Source: Eledone cirrhosa (taxonomy: Eukaryota). Taken from it: a stretch of DNA of 64,000 nt. Location: assembly GCA_964016885.1 (NCBI GenBank), contig OZ024741.1:206708001-206772000 (forward strand). Reading direction: 5' to 3'. The notes beneath the pieces are model-generated. The model saw only the letters and a list, made by a program, of their open reading frames with translations, was not told where the DNA came from and searched no databases. The position numbers and the translations under genes were made by a program. Of the stretch, positions 38,207 through 51,417 are shown in pieces; positions within the stretch are counted from its first letter, which is position 1; every line of letters starts with the position of its first letter.

Positions 38207-38715
38207 TGCACACATACATACACCACACATAAACACACAACACATATATATATACCACACATACACATACCACACATACACCATGCTTACGGACACCACG
38301 CACACACAAGCACCACACCTACATACACCACACACATACACATATTGCAATATTAGGTCCAGGACAATTAAGCTAAGTTTATATTTGTATGGATGTATGT
38401 GTATGGTTTGTAAGAATGCACGTAAATGCTAATACTTATATCCGTGATCGTGTCTGTGCGTGTGTCTATGTGTGCAATGAGAGCGAGAAAAAGACATTGA
38501 GAGAGGGTGGGGCGTGAGATATTTAACTCAAACCAAAAAGCCTTAAAAGTGGTTTAATATCTGTTATTGTGCAAAAATAATGAAATTAGTCACTGTGGGA
38601 GTAAGAATAAGCCAATAACCATAAGCATTCACGCCCACACTTAGTTGCGCAAAAGCATGTAAATTTCTATATATCGAATTACATACCGTAGCACACAAAT
38701 ATGTATGTGTCTCTA

Positions 38716-38765
<50 letters not shown>

Positions 38766-38920
38766 TATAACTGTGTACAATCGCTTCCAGTGTTTTGTTC
38801 GTTCATTTTCAACTATATATACTGTATATTGTTTAATGTAGAAATGGATTCTACATGACTAGAGCTGTTTCATTCGATTGAGTACCTTACTTAGTGTGGT
38901 AACCCACGAATGAACCTGGG

Positions 38921-39017
<97 letters not shown>

Positions 39018-39070
39018 GTGTGTACTGAGTGAGCCGTACTAAGAGTGAGAAATGAAATTTCATTTTTTCC

Positions 39071-39372
<302 letters not shown>

Positions 39373-39689
39373 GCATAGATGTATATAGTGTGTGTGTGCT
39401 GGTTCACATGTCTCTGTGTTTAAAACCACGTATTAATTTGACACAATTCAATATCGTACTAAAACAACTGCTGTAAGTTATTTAATGTTTGTAAATAGAA
39501 CAAGACATGCACATAACATTTTCTGTCACAACTTTACCTTTCCCAACAGATTTCCATAATGGTCATAATGCTGTTGTATAGTAACAAGTGTCAGACATGA
39601 ATGTTGTTGTCGAGAGAACAAAATTTGAAGTCAACAAGATTAATGCATTTCTATATATAATATATACAATATATATAATACATACAACT

Positions 39690-39751
<62 letters not shown>

Positions 39752-39752
<1 letters not shown>

Positions 39753-39851
39753 AGTAAGTAAGACCCCGACGGCTGAGCTCAAGCCGTTTCGACGGCTAAT
39801 TCTGTAGCCGTCGAAACGGCTTGAGCTCAGCCGTCGGGGTCTTACTTACTC
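39752..39851. repeat. perfect inverted repeat (47-bp arms, 6-nt spacer) derived from a hammerhead ribozyme
   Basis: 39752-39798 is the exact reverse complement of 39805-39851. Confidence 0.92.
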
Positions 39852-39931
39852 ATATTACCCACTCTACTACCCTAAGTATTGAGTACTTTGGTGCGTTATG
39901 GTCCACCTGGTTCCTTACCACTTTTCCTTCG

Positions 39932-40028
<97 letters not shown>

Positions 40029-40650
40029 ATACATAAACACAGAAAGCCTTAAGCGATACTCCGACCAACTCCATCTCACTCAACAAACATTAGGATATAT
40101 TTAAGTATTATCCCAATTTAGTGGTAGAACACTGGAAGGTAATATCCGTAGTCGTACAGCACTCAGTCCATGGGTCGAGTTAGGTAGAAGTGGTTACACA
40201 ACAGTTAGTTCACATTATATATATATTTATGTATATGTACATATCGTGTATTTGTTTATTTTTAAGTTGCTTTTATTTTGTTCCCCCATCTTACTTATCG
40301 TTGTCAACACGTATCCTTTGTCTTTATTTCGTTTTTGACTTTGTATTTTTTGTTCTTATGCATTTAATTATTTATTCTTATTACTTCATGTGCATGTATC
40401 TATGTCCCTGTCTGTAGACGCATATATGCTTATATGAACACGTATACGTCTACATACTTTTTAAGTATATGCGCGTGGTTGAGTGTGTGTATGTTTATGT
40501 TCTGGATATTTATTGTTTATATATTTATATATATATTTTTTTTATTCTTTTCCCCCTCTTCTTCTTCGCCCGTTTTTTTCTCAGCCTGACTTTCATATTT
40601 CTTAAATTTTGTTTTCAAATCCAAGTTTAATAAAAACACCATGTTATTTA

Positions 40651-40711
40651 TTCATTCTGACGACTGAAAACAGATCTAATATCTGCTTTCAAGAAACCAC
40701 AGGTAAATGAA
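40651..40711 (+). ncRNA. type I hammerhead ribozyme
   Basis: ttcatt-CTGACGA-c tgaaa a cagat ctaat atctg c tttca a-GAAA-cc aca gg-TA-aatgaa. Confidence 0.72.
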
Positions 40712-40769
40712 ATAATTATCTTATGTTGTTTATTACATTACTAACTATATATAAATTACTTTAGGAACA

Positions 40770-41400
40770 TACCTACGAACAAACACTAACATTTTTTTCG
40801 AACCACGCCACCTACATCCACACCACGTACAAACACAAACACACACGTCCGTACCCCCACATATACACACACTCAGCCTCCGGAATCCACACGCTCCGTT
40901 TCCTCACCCCTCTGACCCCTCTCCATCCACACGCACGCGCACACCGGTTCCTCCTTTCCCTGAACATGGAACCTCGTTCTTCCCCCAACTCTCACATTCA
41001 CATACACACGCACACGTACACCTACACACATACACAAACACCACCTTCAGCCCTCCTCGCTCGGACCCTCCGCCTCCCTCTCCCAACTCCACCCACCGCT
41101 ACCCCTACACGCCTCACACCCTTCCACCACTTGTGTATTTTTATGATTATTTTTATGTTTATTTTTATTTTCATTTGTATCTCTAAAATCGTTTTTCTCC
41201 CTTTTCTCCCCCCTCACTTTTTTTCTAAATGTCTTTCCACAACTCCCCCACACGGCCTCGGAACTCTCTTCCTACCCACTTTTCTCCTGATGAAGGGCTT
41301 ATGCCCGAAACGCCCCCCCCCCCCCAAACTCTTACAAGCGTGAACCTAATAAACTCATATTTGTACAGCTTCTCTGTTATTGTTCCTGTCTAAGATTTAA
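40770..41400 (+). mobile_element. Penelope-like pseudo-LTR remnant with hammerhead core at 41287-41312
   Basis: CTGATGA-a-gggc ttat gccc-GAAACG followed by a C-run, AATAAA at about 41348, then (TA)n. Confidence 0.55.
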
Positions 41401-41401
41401 C

Positions 41402-41433
<32 letters not shown>

Positions 41434-42348
41434 ATAAGTTATTGTTTATGTATATCAAGAATGAATGCTTGAAGAATATAATTACTTATGATTGAACAAT
41501 ATATATTGTAGTCAGCATATGTAGACTATTTAGATAGAGACAGAAACATTTGTTATAGCCAATTCTTTCTCTCTTTTCTCGACGAAGTCTAAATCTTTCT
41601 TGATGCAATACTTGATATATATATATATATGAAAATGAGTTATTTGTTTTATAGTCAGCTGACTTTTATAACAGATGTCAAGCACTCAACGGTATATATT
41701 TATCCGGAGTATAATAATAATAAAAACGAAAGATAGTTATTTTAGATCATCTCTATTTATTTTATTATACATATTTCGAAGATGCAGGATTTATATTATC
41801 GTCAGAAAAAATACATAGGAGATGCAGGGTTATTTTGATATGCTGGCGGTCAAACGAGCTGGAGAGATCGGTGACAACAATGATTAGAAGAAAAAAAAAC
41901 CAAAACATAAATTATTTAGTTAAAAGAAGTGATGCAATTATCGTGGCCTAATTTATCCTTTCAACAATTATATTTAATTAGGAATAGAGGAAAATATTAA
42001 CTATTGGGGTAACTATTATATATATATATATACATATTACAAACAAACCGAACATTATAATAAATGTTCGGTAAACCCATACGTACATTTATATATATAT
42101 GTGCATGTATATATACATACTACTGTACGTCTATATAGATATATGTATGTACGTATACATACGTACATTTAAGTATCAGCCGTACTAAGAGTGAGAAATG
42201 AAATTTCATTTCATTCTTTTCCATATATATATATATACATTCAAAATATAAAACAATCAAATCTTAGTTTAATACATTTAATTGCTGACAATTGTTTATT
42301 TATAATTATATATAAACCATATATAAGTATAAATATTATTATTATTAC

Positions 42349-42405
<57 letters not shown>

Positions 42406-42621
42406 ATATTTCGTTTCTGAATTTGTTTAGCAAGATTCTTTATCTGAAAACGTGTGTTAAAACCGATATTGTTATGCTTTGGGAGGGTCATGTTGCCAAT
42501 AAGAAACACACGTACCAGTTGCTTTCACTTCAATTTATTATAAATTAAATTCATAAATTTAAGAATTTATAAATTTACGATTGGTTGGTTGGTTCCACAA
42601 CTAGACGATTGTTCATATATT

Positions 42622-42664
42622 GTCAAAGTTCTTTCGTCACACATTCTGTGACCTCTTCAGTGAC
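42622..42664 (-). ncRNA. minimal hammerhead ribozyme in the inverted pseudo-LTR
   Basis: reverse complement of gtca-CTGAAGAG-gtcaca..tgtgac-GAAA-gaactt-tgac. Confidence 0.75.
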
Positions 42665-42776
42665 TGTGGATTATTTTCTTGTAACACATGCGCAAACTAA
42701 GCACACAACACACACAAAAACAAGATGGCGTAGGATAGAAAAAAAGAGAGGCACAAAAACAAAGAAAAGAATCCCA

Positions 42777-42819
42777 GTCACTGAAGAGGTCACAGAATTT
42801 GTGACGAAAGAACTTTGAC
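42777..42819 (+). ncRNA. minimal hammerhead ribozyme in the 5' pseudo-LTR
   Basis: gtca-CTGAAGAG-gtcaca gaatt tgtgac-GAAA-gaactt-tgac. Confidence 0.78.
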
Positions 42820-45800
42820 AATATATGAACAATCGTCTGGTTGTGGAACCAACCAACCAACCGGAAATTTATAAATTCTTAAATTTATAAATTTAATTTA
42901 TAATAAATTGAAGTGAGAGCGACTGGTGCGTGTATTTTTTATTGGGCAAGAGGACCCTCCCAAAGCATAACAATATCGGTTTCAACAGACTTTTTCAGAT
43001 AAAGAATCTTGGTAAACAAATTCAGAAACGAAATATCGTAAGCCTTAGCCAGGCTAACAAGATACTGAAAACAACCATGTTCTGTTGTCTACGAAAAACA
43101 ATAACATCTCGACAACTACACTTCATAAAAGAATGTGCCTCGTCCCAAGTTTACACCAACACCATCAACACCGATGTAAAAAGATTACAACTTACCAAAA
43201 AGCAAGCAGATAGGCTAAAAGGAACACTAATTCTAAACATAAAAAAGATTTACAGAGAATTAAGTCATCAAGAAAAACATAAGCGTAACCTAATACAAGA
43301 AATAACTAAGATCACCACACCAAGAGAAAAATTAATATTTATAAACCTTATATGTCTTGAAGAAAAGTACATTGTTCAAGAATGTGACAAGCACTTTGAC
43401 AAGAAACTAAAGTGGCTCAAACAGATAAACTAAATCAAGATACATTAGAGAATATCGATAGATATCCCGACAAAACTGACGGTATAAATATGGCCGACAT
43501 CTCATTAACAGATGAATTCAACAACAACAACACAAATATATACGGCAACACTACAGTCGACTCTGATGAATTATCGATATTGCAGCTACCATCTAAATAT
43601 GCCACATATAATAAGGTAAATATGATAAAATGCTTGTCAGAAATAGAAAAATCATTTACAAAATTACGTTGGAGCCTCAAAAACAAAAACAAATACAAAA
43701 GTAACAATAATAAGAACATACGCACACATACAACACACATCCTAACAACAACAGACACAAAGACACGAACAACGATAACAACAACACACACATCAACAAT
43801 AATAACATACTCAGAAACAACAACAACAGACACACAGACACACACAACAATAATAACATACACGGAGACAACAACAACAACACACATCAACAACAGCACA
43901 CATCAACAACAACAACAACACACACACACATTCTATGCCTCTCACCACCAGCACAATGTTAACAAACACACGTACACAGAAAGCAGGTAATGACAGTAAC
44001 ACAGAAGTAAGAGAAGGTATTGGGATTGAAAGGTGAAGGAAGACTATCGATACTGACATAGAAAATAACCAGGACGAACACACAGACACACAAAATAGAG
44101 TAGATAATAACAATGAGCCAGAGGAAAGAGACAGGAGTAATAATGAGAGACATAGAAACAACCATGAGGCTGTTGGTGGTAATAGAAATAGAAACAACAC
44201 AACTAACAATAACAATAGCAATAGTACACATAAAACAGCAGCCTGGAACTCTACCTTTTATAATCCTCCGATAAGTCCTTCGACCTACGACGAGTCCACG
44301 CCACGACTTTAGCTTTTAACAAACGCACGCAATTGCCGTCGCAGAAGCACAATTTAGTATAGCAGCAGCACAAGTTAGTATAGCTAGATCTAAACTTAGA
44401 AATATTATAGAACAGTATAGCAAGAAGCAAAAGAGAATGGAGGCCCAGCAACTGGGAGAAAAAACTGCAATGGCTTGCGTAAGCTCATGCAGCGCTCGCG
44501 TAATGGAGAAATTGCATCCTTTCCAACAGACAAGTCTGGCAGAATATTGGTTGTCAGTCTGTCAAACTACATCCAGGCAATGCAACCCCACATCACTAAC
44601 ACAAATGAAGTAACACCACAAGAGCATGAAGATAGGGAGAAATCCCCCAATGCCCATATGATGATGTGGACAAACATAATGCAGCCCAACAAAAGGACTG
44701 TCAACAACTTCCAGGTCTGGAACAATGACGTGCCAGCGTTGTATGGGCTTCGAAAAGACCATAAAACGAGCAGTAGCCCTGTCACAGGACCACCAACACG
44801 GCCAATCTGTGGAGCTAACATTGTTAGTAACTACAGACTTTCCTACTTCCTCTCCCTGATCATACGCCCCATCATTGAAATGTCCCCAGATATACGTGAC
44901 AGCACGGAGAACCTCCTCAGCAGAATCAGCGAAAATAACTGATCTAGGGACGTAACAAACTGTATAATAGGAAGTATGGATGTTGTGTCCCTATATCCAT
45001 TCATTGACGTGGATTTTGCTGTGGAGAAATGCGTAGAAATGATCAGTGAGGGCAATGTTGAATTCCGTGGGATTGATACCAGTGAGCTGGGACTCCTACT
45101 TAAACTTACCTATAGTAATGATTATCTAGATACATATGACCTTAGCAACCTGTGCCCTACAAGACCAGCAAGAGGCAGACCACCTTCCATTACCTCAATG
45201 GCCAAGAAAACCCACACAGATAGATGGAACGGGTGGACCAGAGCCATACGGACCCGCGAAAACCATGATCAACTAAAGAAAATGATTGCACATGCGGTGG
45301 CGGCCAGTATAGAATTAACCCTTAAGGAACATATGTTCAAATTTAATGGAAAAACATATGCCCAAGAGGAGGGATTAGCCATTGGTGTTAGCATTGCAGC
45401 TGACATAGCTAACCTATTCATGGTATGGTGGGACAATAGACTTAAACTTAAACTTAAAGAACAATTAGAAGACAGCAACCTTTTAACCCTGATAATGTTC
45501 TCCCGCTACGTTGATGATATAAACATCGTAGTAAAAACACGCCCACTAGAGAACAGTCGGGAATTAGAGAAAAAACACCATGGAAAGCATCCAGCAAATA
45601 GCTAACTCCATCCACCAGAGTATTAGAGTTACTATATACTACCCAAGCAAACACCCCAAACATCGATTACCTGTACTAGACACAGAGCTCTGGTTAGAAA
45701 CCATTAATAACAAAAAACAAATCCTCCATTTCCATTATGCCAAACCCATGACTTCCAAATATCTGATCCACCGAAACTCAGCTGTTTCGGACCATACCAA

Positions 45801-47176
45801 AATCAACATACTGATTGCGGATTTGGTACGGGTGATGAGAAACGTGTCCCGCATGTGCAACCCAAAAGAACTAGAGAGACACATACAACACTTCATCCAC
45901 CGTATGCAGTTCTCTGGTTACAATCAGAGAGATAAAATCAGAGTATATAGATGAGCCAGAACCAAATGGAAAAAATGGTAAATAATGATACAAATGGGAC
46001 CTGCCCCTTGTATAGGAGCACATTTTGGAATAGAATAGAAAGAACTAGGAATAAGGTTAATAGAATAAACTTATGGTATGATACAAATAAATACCAGAGT
46101 GTAATGTTCATCAAATACAACCCCTAGAGGTGAAGTAGCTTACACATTTAGAAGGGCCCTAGAGAAACATAAACTTAATATTAAGATAGTAGAAAGACCA
46201 CGTACCTCCATAAAAACACTTATTATACATACCCTTTTCAAAGACCTCCCTGTATAGATAAGAAATGTACAATCTGTAAACTAAGCCCCCATATTAACTG
46301 TAAAATTAGAAATGTAGTATATAGCATAAGATGTACTGAAGGACAATGTAGAGATAAGAATATAGTGTACATAGGTGAGACAGCTCGTAGTATAGGGGAA
46401 CGGATAAATGAACACTGGCGAGAGCTTCAAGATAGTAAAGACTCATCTGTACTCCACCAACATGCTAAAATAGGACATAAGTCTAAATTAGAGAACATAG
46501 AAATAAAAATAGAATCTACACACAGAAAAGACGCAATGTTTAGACAAATCACAGAGGCAATAAACATAAATGAACTCCAACAAAATTAAATAGAAAACAT
46601 GAATGGAATAGCAACATCACAACTTACAATTAAGAAAAAAATGAAAACACACACACACATAGAACAAACAACCAACCAGTAACATGTAAATACACAAATA
46701 AATAAACAAATATAAACACACACAGACACCGGGATGTAACACGTGCGAAAACTAAGCACACAACACACACAACAACAACATTGCGTAGCAAAGAACAAAG
46801 GAGAGGCACAAGAACAAAGAAAAGAATCCCCAGTCACAGAATGTGTGACGAAAGAACTTTGACAATATATGAACAATCGTCTGGTTGTGGAACCAACCAA
46901 CCAACCGGAAATTTATAAATTTTTAAATTTATGAATTTAATTTATACTAAATTGAAGTGAAAGCACTGGTGCGTGTGTTTCTTATTGGCAACAGAATCCT
47001 CCCAAAGCATAACAATCTATATATATATATATATAGATACACATATATATATACATGCATATATATATGTATATATATACATATATATATATACATACAT
47101 ATATATATATATATACACACACATATATATATATATACATACCTATATACATACATATATATATATATATACATAC

Positions 47177-47208
<32 letters not shown>

Positions 47209-47221
47209 TTATATATATATA

Positions 47222-48830
47222 TTAGAAAGTGAGGTTTTTTTACTAAATAAAAAAATAACCGGTGTCCTACACGAGTGAAAGTATAAGGAAATAAGATTAA
47301 ATCGAAAATGCAACTGGAATCTTATTTTTTTTAAAATATATATATTTTTATTTGGTTCCTTTACCGGTTTCGCAGTTCTTCTGCTTTTCAAAAGTATATG
47401 AGATGGAGGGTCTGTGGTTTTTCTCACATCTGGTTGGTGTTTGAATGTTACTTGCTATATATGGAAAAAATTGGTTCGAAACGATTTTAGAGAAGTAATT
47501 TGATTTGTAGTTGAATAAGTATAATAAATTTCGCGCCAGTTCGCGTTACAAAGTTCTTCAAACAAGCGATGGGGGCGGGGGCTGAGGTTGTTTTTTCATA
47601 TATGAGTGAAGTTTGGTTGGTTGATGCAGTCACGTGAATAAGCACATCAGCTTTCGCGCCAGTTTGTTTGAATTTCTTTTTACTTAAAAAAAGTGGCTCA
47701 CGAAGACTTTTTTTTATAAATGTAATTCGATTCGTTATAAATGAAATTAATACTCTCACGTGAACAAGTTCATTAAATTTCGCGCCCGTATTTGGCAATT
47801 TATTGTGAAGCCTTTTAGAGAATTTTATGATAAACAAAATATAATGTTCAAGAGAAATGGGATGGGGAGAATTGTTCTGGTTCAGTAAATATGGCTGGTT
47901 CGCTGGGGTGTCAGAATTTAGACTTTCTATTGAAATAAAGGAAGTAGAGATATGTATGTTTATTTGTGTGCTTGTGTGTGTGTGTGTGTGTGTGTGTGTG
48001 TCTGTGTGTGTATAGGAAGATGATTAGTAGAAATGGGGGAGGGAGTTGTTTGTGTGTGTATGGGTGTTATGTGTGTGTGGGGGGAATATGTTAAGATGGA
48101 GAGAATATATACATTTTGTGTGTGTGTATGTGTGTAGGAAAGTGATTCTATTAGTAGAAATGGGGGAGGGAGTTGTGTGTGTGTGTGGGGGGGGGGGGGG
48201 TTATGTGTCTGTGTATGGGTGTTATGTGTGTGTGGGAGTATGGTTAGCAAGTTAAGATGAAGAGAATATATATATTTTTGTTTGTTTGTGTGTGTGTAGG
48301 AAAATGATTCCGTTAGTAGAAATGGGGGAGGGAGTTATGTGTGTGTGTATGTGTGTGTTGGGGGGAGGGGGATTAGCATGTTAAGGTTTATTTAGTTCTG
48401 GGTTTTTTTTCTAAAGTAGAAGGTGTTATGTGTGTGTGTATGTATGTGCCTGTTTGGATGGATAGCATGTTATGGTGTTGACATAATGTATATTAAACTA
48501 TATTTAATGCTAGTCTATATTTTTGAATAAACATATTTTCCTTATTTATTCGTATTTGTTCTGTTGTATTGTCAGCGCAAAGGTAAAATGGGAAGACTTG
48601 GAATTTGGGTGTCTTATTACTTGCGCATATGTCTAGATGTGCACTGAGTGGTATCTGTCTCGTGGTTGTATCTCGTAATTGTTGGCGATGAACTGCCATT
48701 CTGTTTCTGAGTGTAAGTTTAGTTTTTCCTATATAATCTTCATTGCATCCTTTACATTTAATGGCATGAATTAGATTTTTTGATGAGCAAGTGAAGTGAA
48801 TTTTTACAGCAAAGTTTTGTCCTGATTGAA
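47222..48830 (-). mobile_element. inverted 3' part (GIY-YIG, 3'UTR minisatellite, pseudo-LTR) of a Neptune-type Penelope-like element
   Basis: about 48400-48830 is the reverse complement of about 50045-50476; decayed HHR on the minus strand at 47357-47395 (gcag aagaa ctgc GAAA ccgg TA); ends at (TA)n. Confidence 0.8.
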
Positions 48831-50478
48831 ATGTCAGACCTTAAATTAAGATCAAATGTAGCGGGCCCACAATGTGAAACACACAGACTAAGCAACTTTA
48901 TAGACATACTACTAAAACCAATTCTCAAACACATACCAAACCTTGTAAGAGGCGATCTGGAACTCTTAAACCACCTCCCGAAACATGTCAACAACGACAC
49001 TATTATTGTGTCTTCCAATATAGTGAATCTCTACACAACGATCCCAAACCAATACGGACTAGAAGCAATAGGATTCTGGCTAGAGAAATATCCCAATGAG
49101 ATACCTGACTGAATAGAAAAAAGCTTCATCACCGAGGGATTAACATTTATCTTACAGAACAATGTTTTTGATTTCGATGGCAATACTTTCAAGCAAATAT
49201 CGGAGACTGCGATGGGTACAAAAGCCGCTCCAACTTATGCCAACTCAGTCATAGCATACTTAGAAGTCCAGTTATATGAACAGTCCAAATCAAAATACGG
49301 ATTGAACTTCCACAAATATTTATCAGAGAATTGGAAACGCTACTTGGATGATTGTCTCATTCTTTGGTAACTCGACCAATTGAATGATTTTAAAAATTTA
49401 ATTAACAGCATCAATAACCACATCCAATTCACAATGGAATACAGCCAATATCAACTCCTATTTCTGGACATCTTAATCTTAAAAAAAGACACAAATATTG
49501 AAATTGATATACACTACAAACCAACAGATTCCAAACAATACCTGCTATTCACATCCAATCATCCAAAGCACACGAAGACGAACATTTCTTTTAACCTAGC
49601 AAGATGAATTTGCACAATTGTCTCCAATTATCAAACGGGAAATAAAAGACTTCAAGAATTAAAGGAAATTCTACTCGAGAGACAGTACCCAACATTACTA
49701 ATAAATAATGGGATAGAAAGGGCTAAAGCAATATATTGATGAATTACGAAAACAGAAACAAATTCAAGGTACGTCCAACATTCTATCATATATATAAACA
49801 CACAACCCAAGAAATGCGGAAGCTTACAACCCTATTCACAAGAACATCCCACTATTGAAACAAGACCCAAGAATGAAAAAAGCCCTTGAAACACACAAAA
49901 TAATCAAAAGCAAAAGACAACCGAAATCACTAAAAACATTACTCACCAATGCCAAATTACCAACCACAAAACCACAACCAACTGTCAAAAAAATGTGGTC
50001 GCTCTAATTGTGGAACCTGCACTCACCTCATTGAAGGCAACACGTTTCAATCAGGACAACATTTTGCTGTAAAAAATCACTTCACTTGCTCATCAAATAA
50101 TCTAATTCATGCCATTAAATGTAAAGGATGCAATGAAGATTATATAGGACAAACTAAACTCACACTCAGAAACAGAATTACAGTTCATCGCCAACAATTA
50201 CGAGATCCAACCACGAGACAGATACCACTCAGTGCACATCTAGACATATGCGCAAGTAATAAGACACCCAAATTCCAAGTCTTCCCATTTTAAATTTGCG
50301 CTGACAATACAACAGAACAAATACGAATAAATAAGGAAAATATGTTTATTCAAAAATATAGACCAGCATTAAATATAGTTTAATATACATTATGTCAACA
50401 CCATAACATGCTAACCATCGAAACAGACACATACATACACACACACATAACACCTTCTACTTTAGAAAAAAAAACCTG
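48831..50478 (+). mobile_element. Neptune-type Penelope-like element body (RT + GIY-YIG), decayed and truncated
   Basis: VAGPQCETHRLS, NLYTTIP, TAMGTKAAPTYANS, WKRYLDD, FLDI, CGRSNCGTC, AIKCKGCNEDYIGQT. Confidence 0.88.
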
Positions 50479-50625
50479 AAATATATATAACGAAATAAAT
50501 ATGGTTTTATAAATATAGTTTCCATTTATTTAATATCATAAATATACTCCAAATACTTGTTGAGTGCTTTTATATCAGTTATAAATATTTACTCGTTGTT
50601 AACCCAACAATTTAAATATAACTTT

Positions 50626-50657
<32 letters not shown>

Positions 50658-50661
<4 letters not shown>

Positions 50662-51177
50662 GGAACAAATGAAACGAATTTCATTTCCCACTCTTAGTAC
50701 GGCTCTTACTTAAATATAAGTAAGTTACTTAAATATAAGTATGTAAATATATTTAAGTAACAGCTGTACTAAGAGTGGGAAACTAAATTTCGTTTCATTT
50801 TTTCCGTTTATCGTTTTCGGTGAACCCGGCCGATTAACCCACTCGATATGCAAATTAGGCTGCTCAGCTGTTAATATGCATAAGGAAAGTATATACTTTC
50901 AGACGTTCAATCATCTGGCAGGAAGGTATATGTTGCTGACGATAGCCAATAAGCTTGAAACTAGTACAGCGTTCTTTATCAGTGTTGAACAAACGAGCAA
51001 CGATGGTTGCTAGACACTGTACGGCTTAATTCGGGATGTTTGTTTACAAACACACCGAGCATTATAATAAATGTTCAGTGAATCCATATGTACATATATA
51101 TATGTATGCATGTATGTATATATATATATACATACTACTGTACGTCTGTATACATATATTATGTACGTGTACATACT

Positions 51178-51180
<3 letters not shown>
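50658..51180 (+). mobile_element. non-coding hammerhead-containing element (retrozyme-like or solo pseudo-LTR) with 5' inverted copy
   Basis: 50658-50718 inverted versus 50748-50810; HHR 50931-50971; related pieces at 39031-39072 and 42039-42224. Confidence 0.6.
50931..50971 (+). ncRNA. minimal hammerhead ribozyme with palindromic stem III
   Basis: tgttg-CTGACGA-t agc caataa gct t-GAAA-ctag-TA-cagcg. Confidence 0.68.
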
Positions 51181-51237
<57 letters not shown>

Positions 51238-51350
51238 ATAATAATATTATACTTATATATGGTTTATATATAATTATAAATATGGAGCGAAGAAACAATT
51301 GTCAGCAATTAAATGTATTAAACTAAGATTTGATTGTTTTATATTTTGTA

Positions 51351-51417
<67 letters not shown>

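Larger units (their letters stand above)
42408..47017 (+). mobile_element. full-length Naiad-type Penelope-like element, copy 2: inverted pseudo-LTR + 5' pseudo-LTR + decayed ORF + 3' pseudo-LTR
   Basis: 42408-42666 is the reverse complement of about 42775-43034; FPTDKSG, SMDVVSLYP, QEEGLAIG, SRYVDD, YIGET; 3' repeat about 46735-47017; (TA)n on both sides. Confidence 0.92.

Noticed and set aside
41765-41805. Minus-strand CTGACGA...GAAATATGTA hammerhead-like motif
   Set aside because: Stems I and II do not pair convincingly
44940-45954. In-frame TGA codons in Naiad copy 2 as possible selenocysteine recoding (reported for some Naiads)
   Set aside because: Copy 1 has CGA and GGA at these positions, they are not Cys sites, and both copies carry frameshifts; ordinary decay
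47940-48400. Spaced repeats ATTAGTAGAAATGGGGGAGGGAGTT as a CRISPR-like array
   Set aside because: Eukaryotic context, spacers are related GT-rich sequence, no cas genes; a minisatellite in a Penelope 3'UTR
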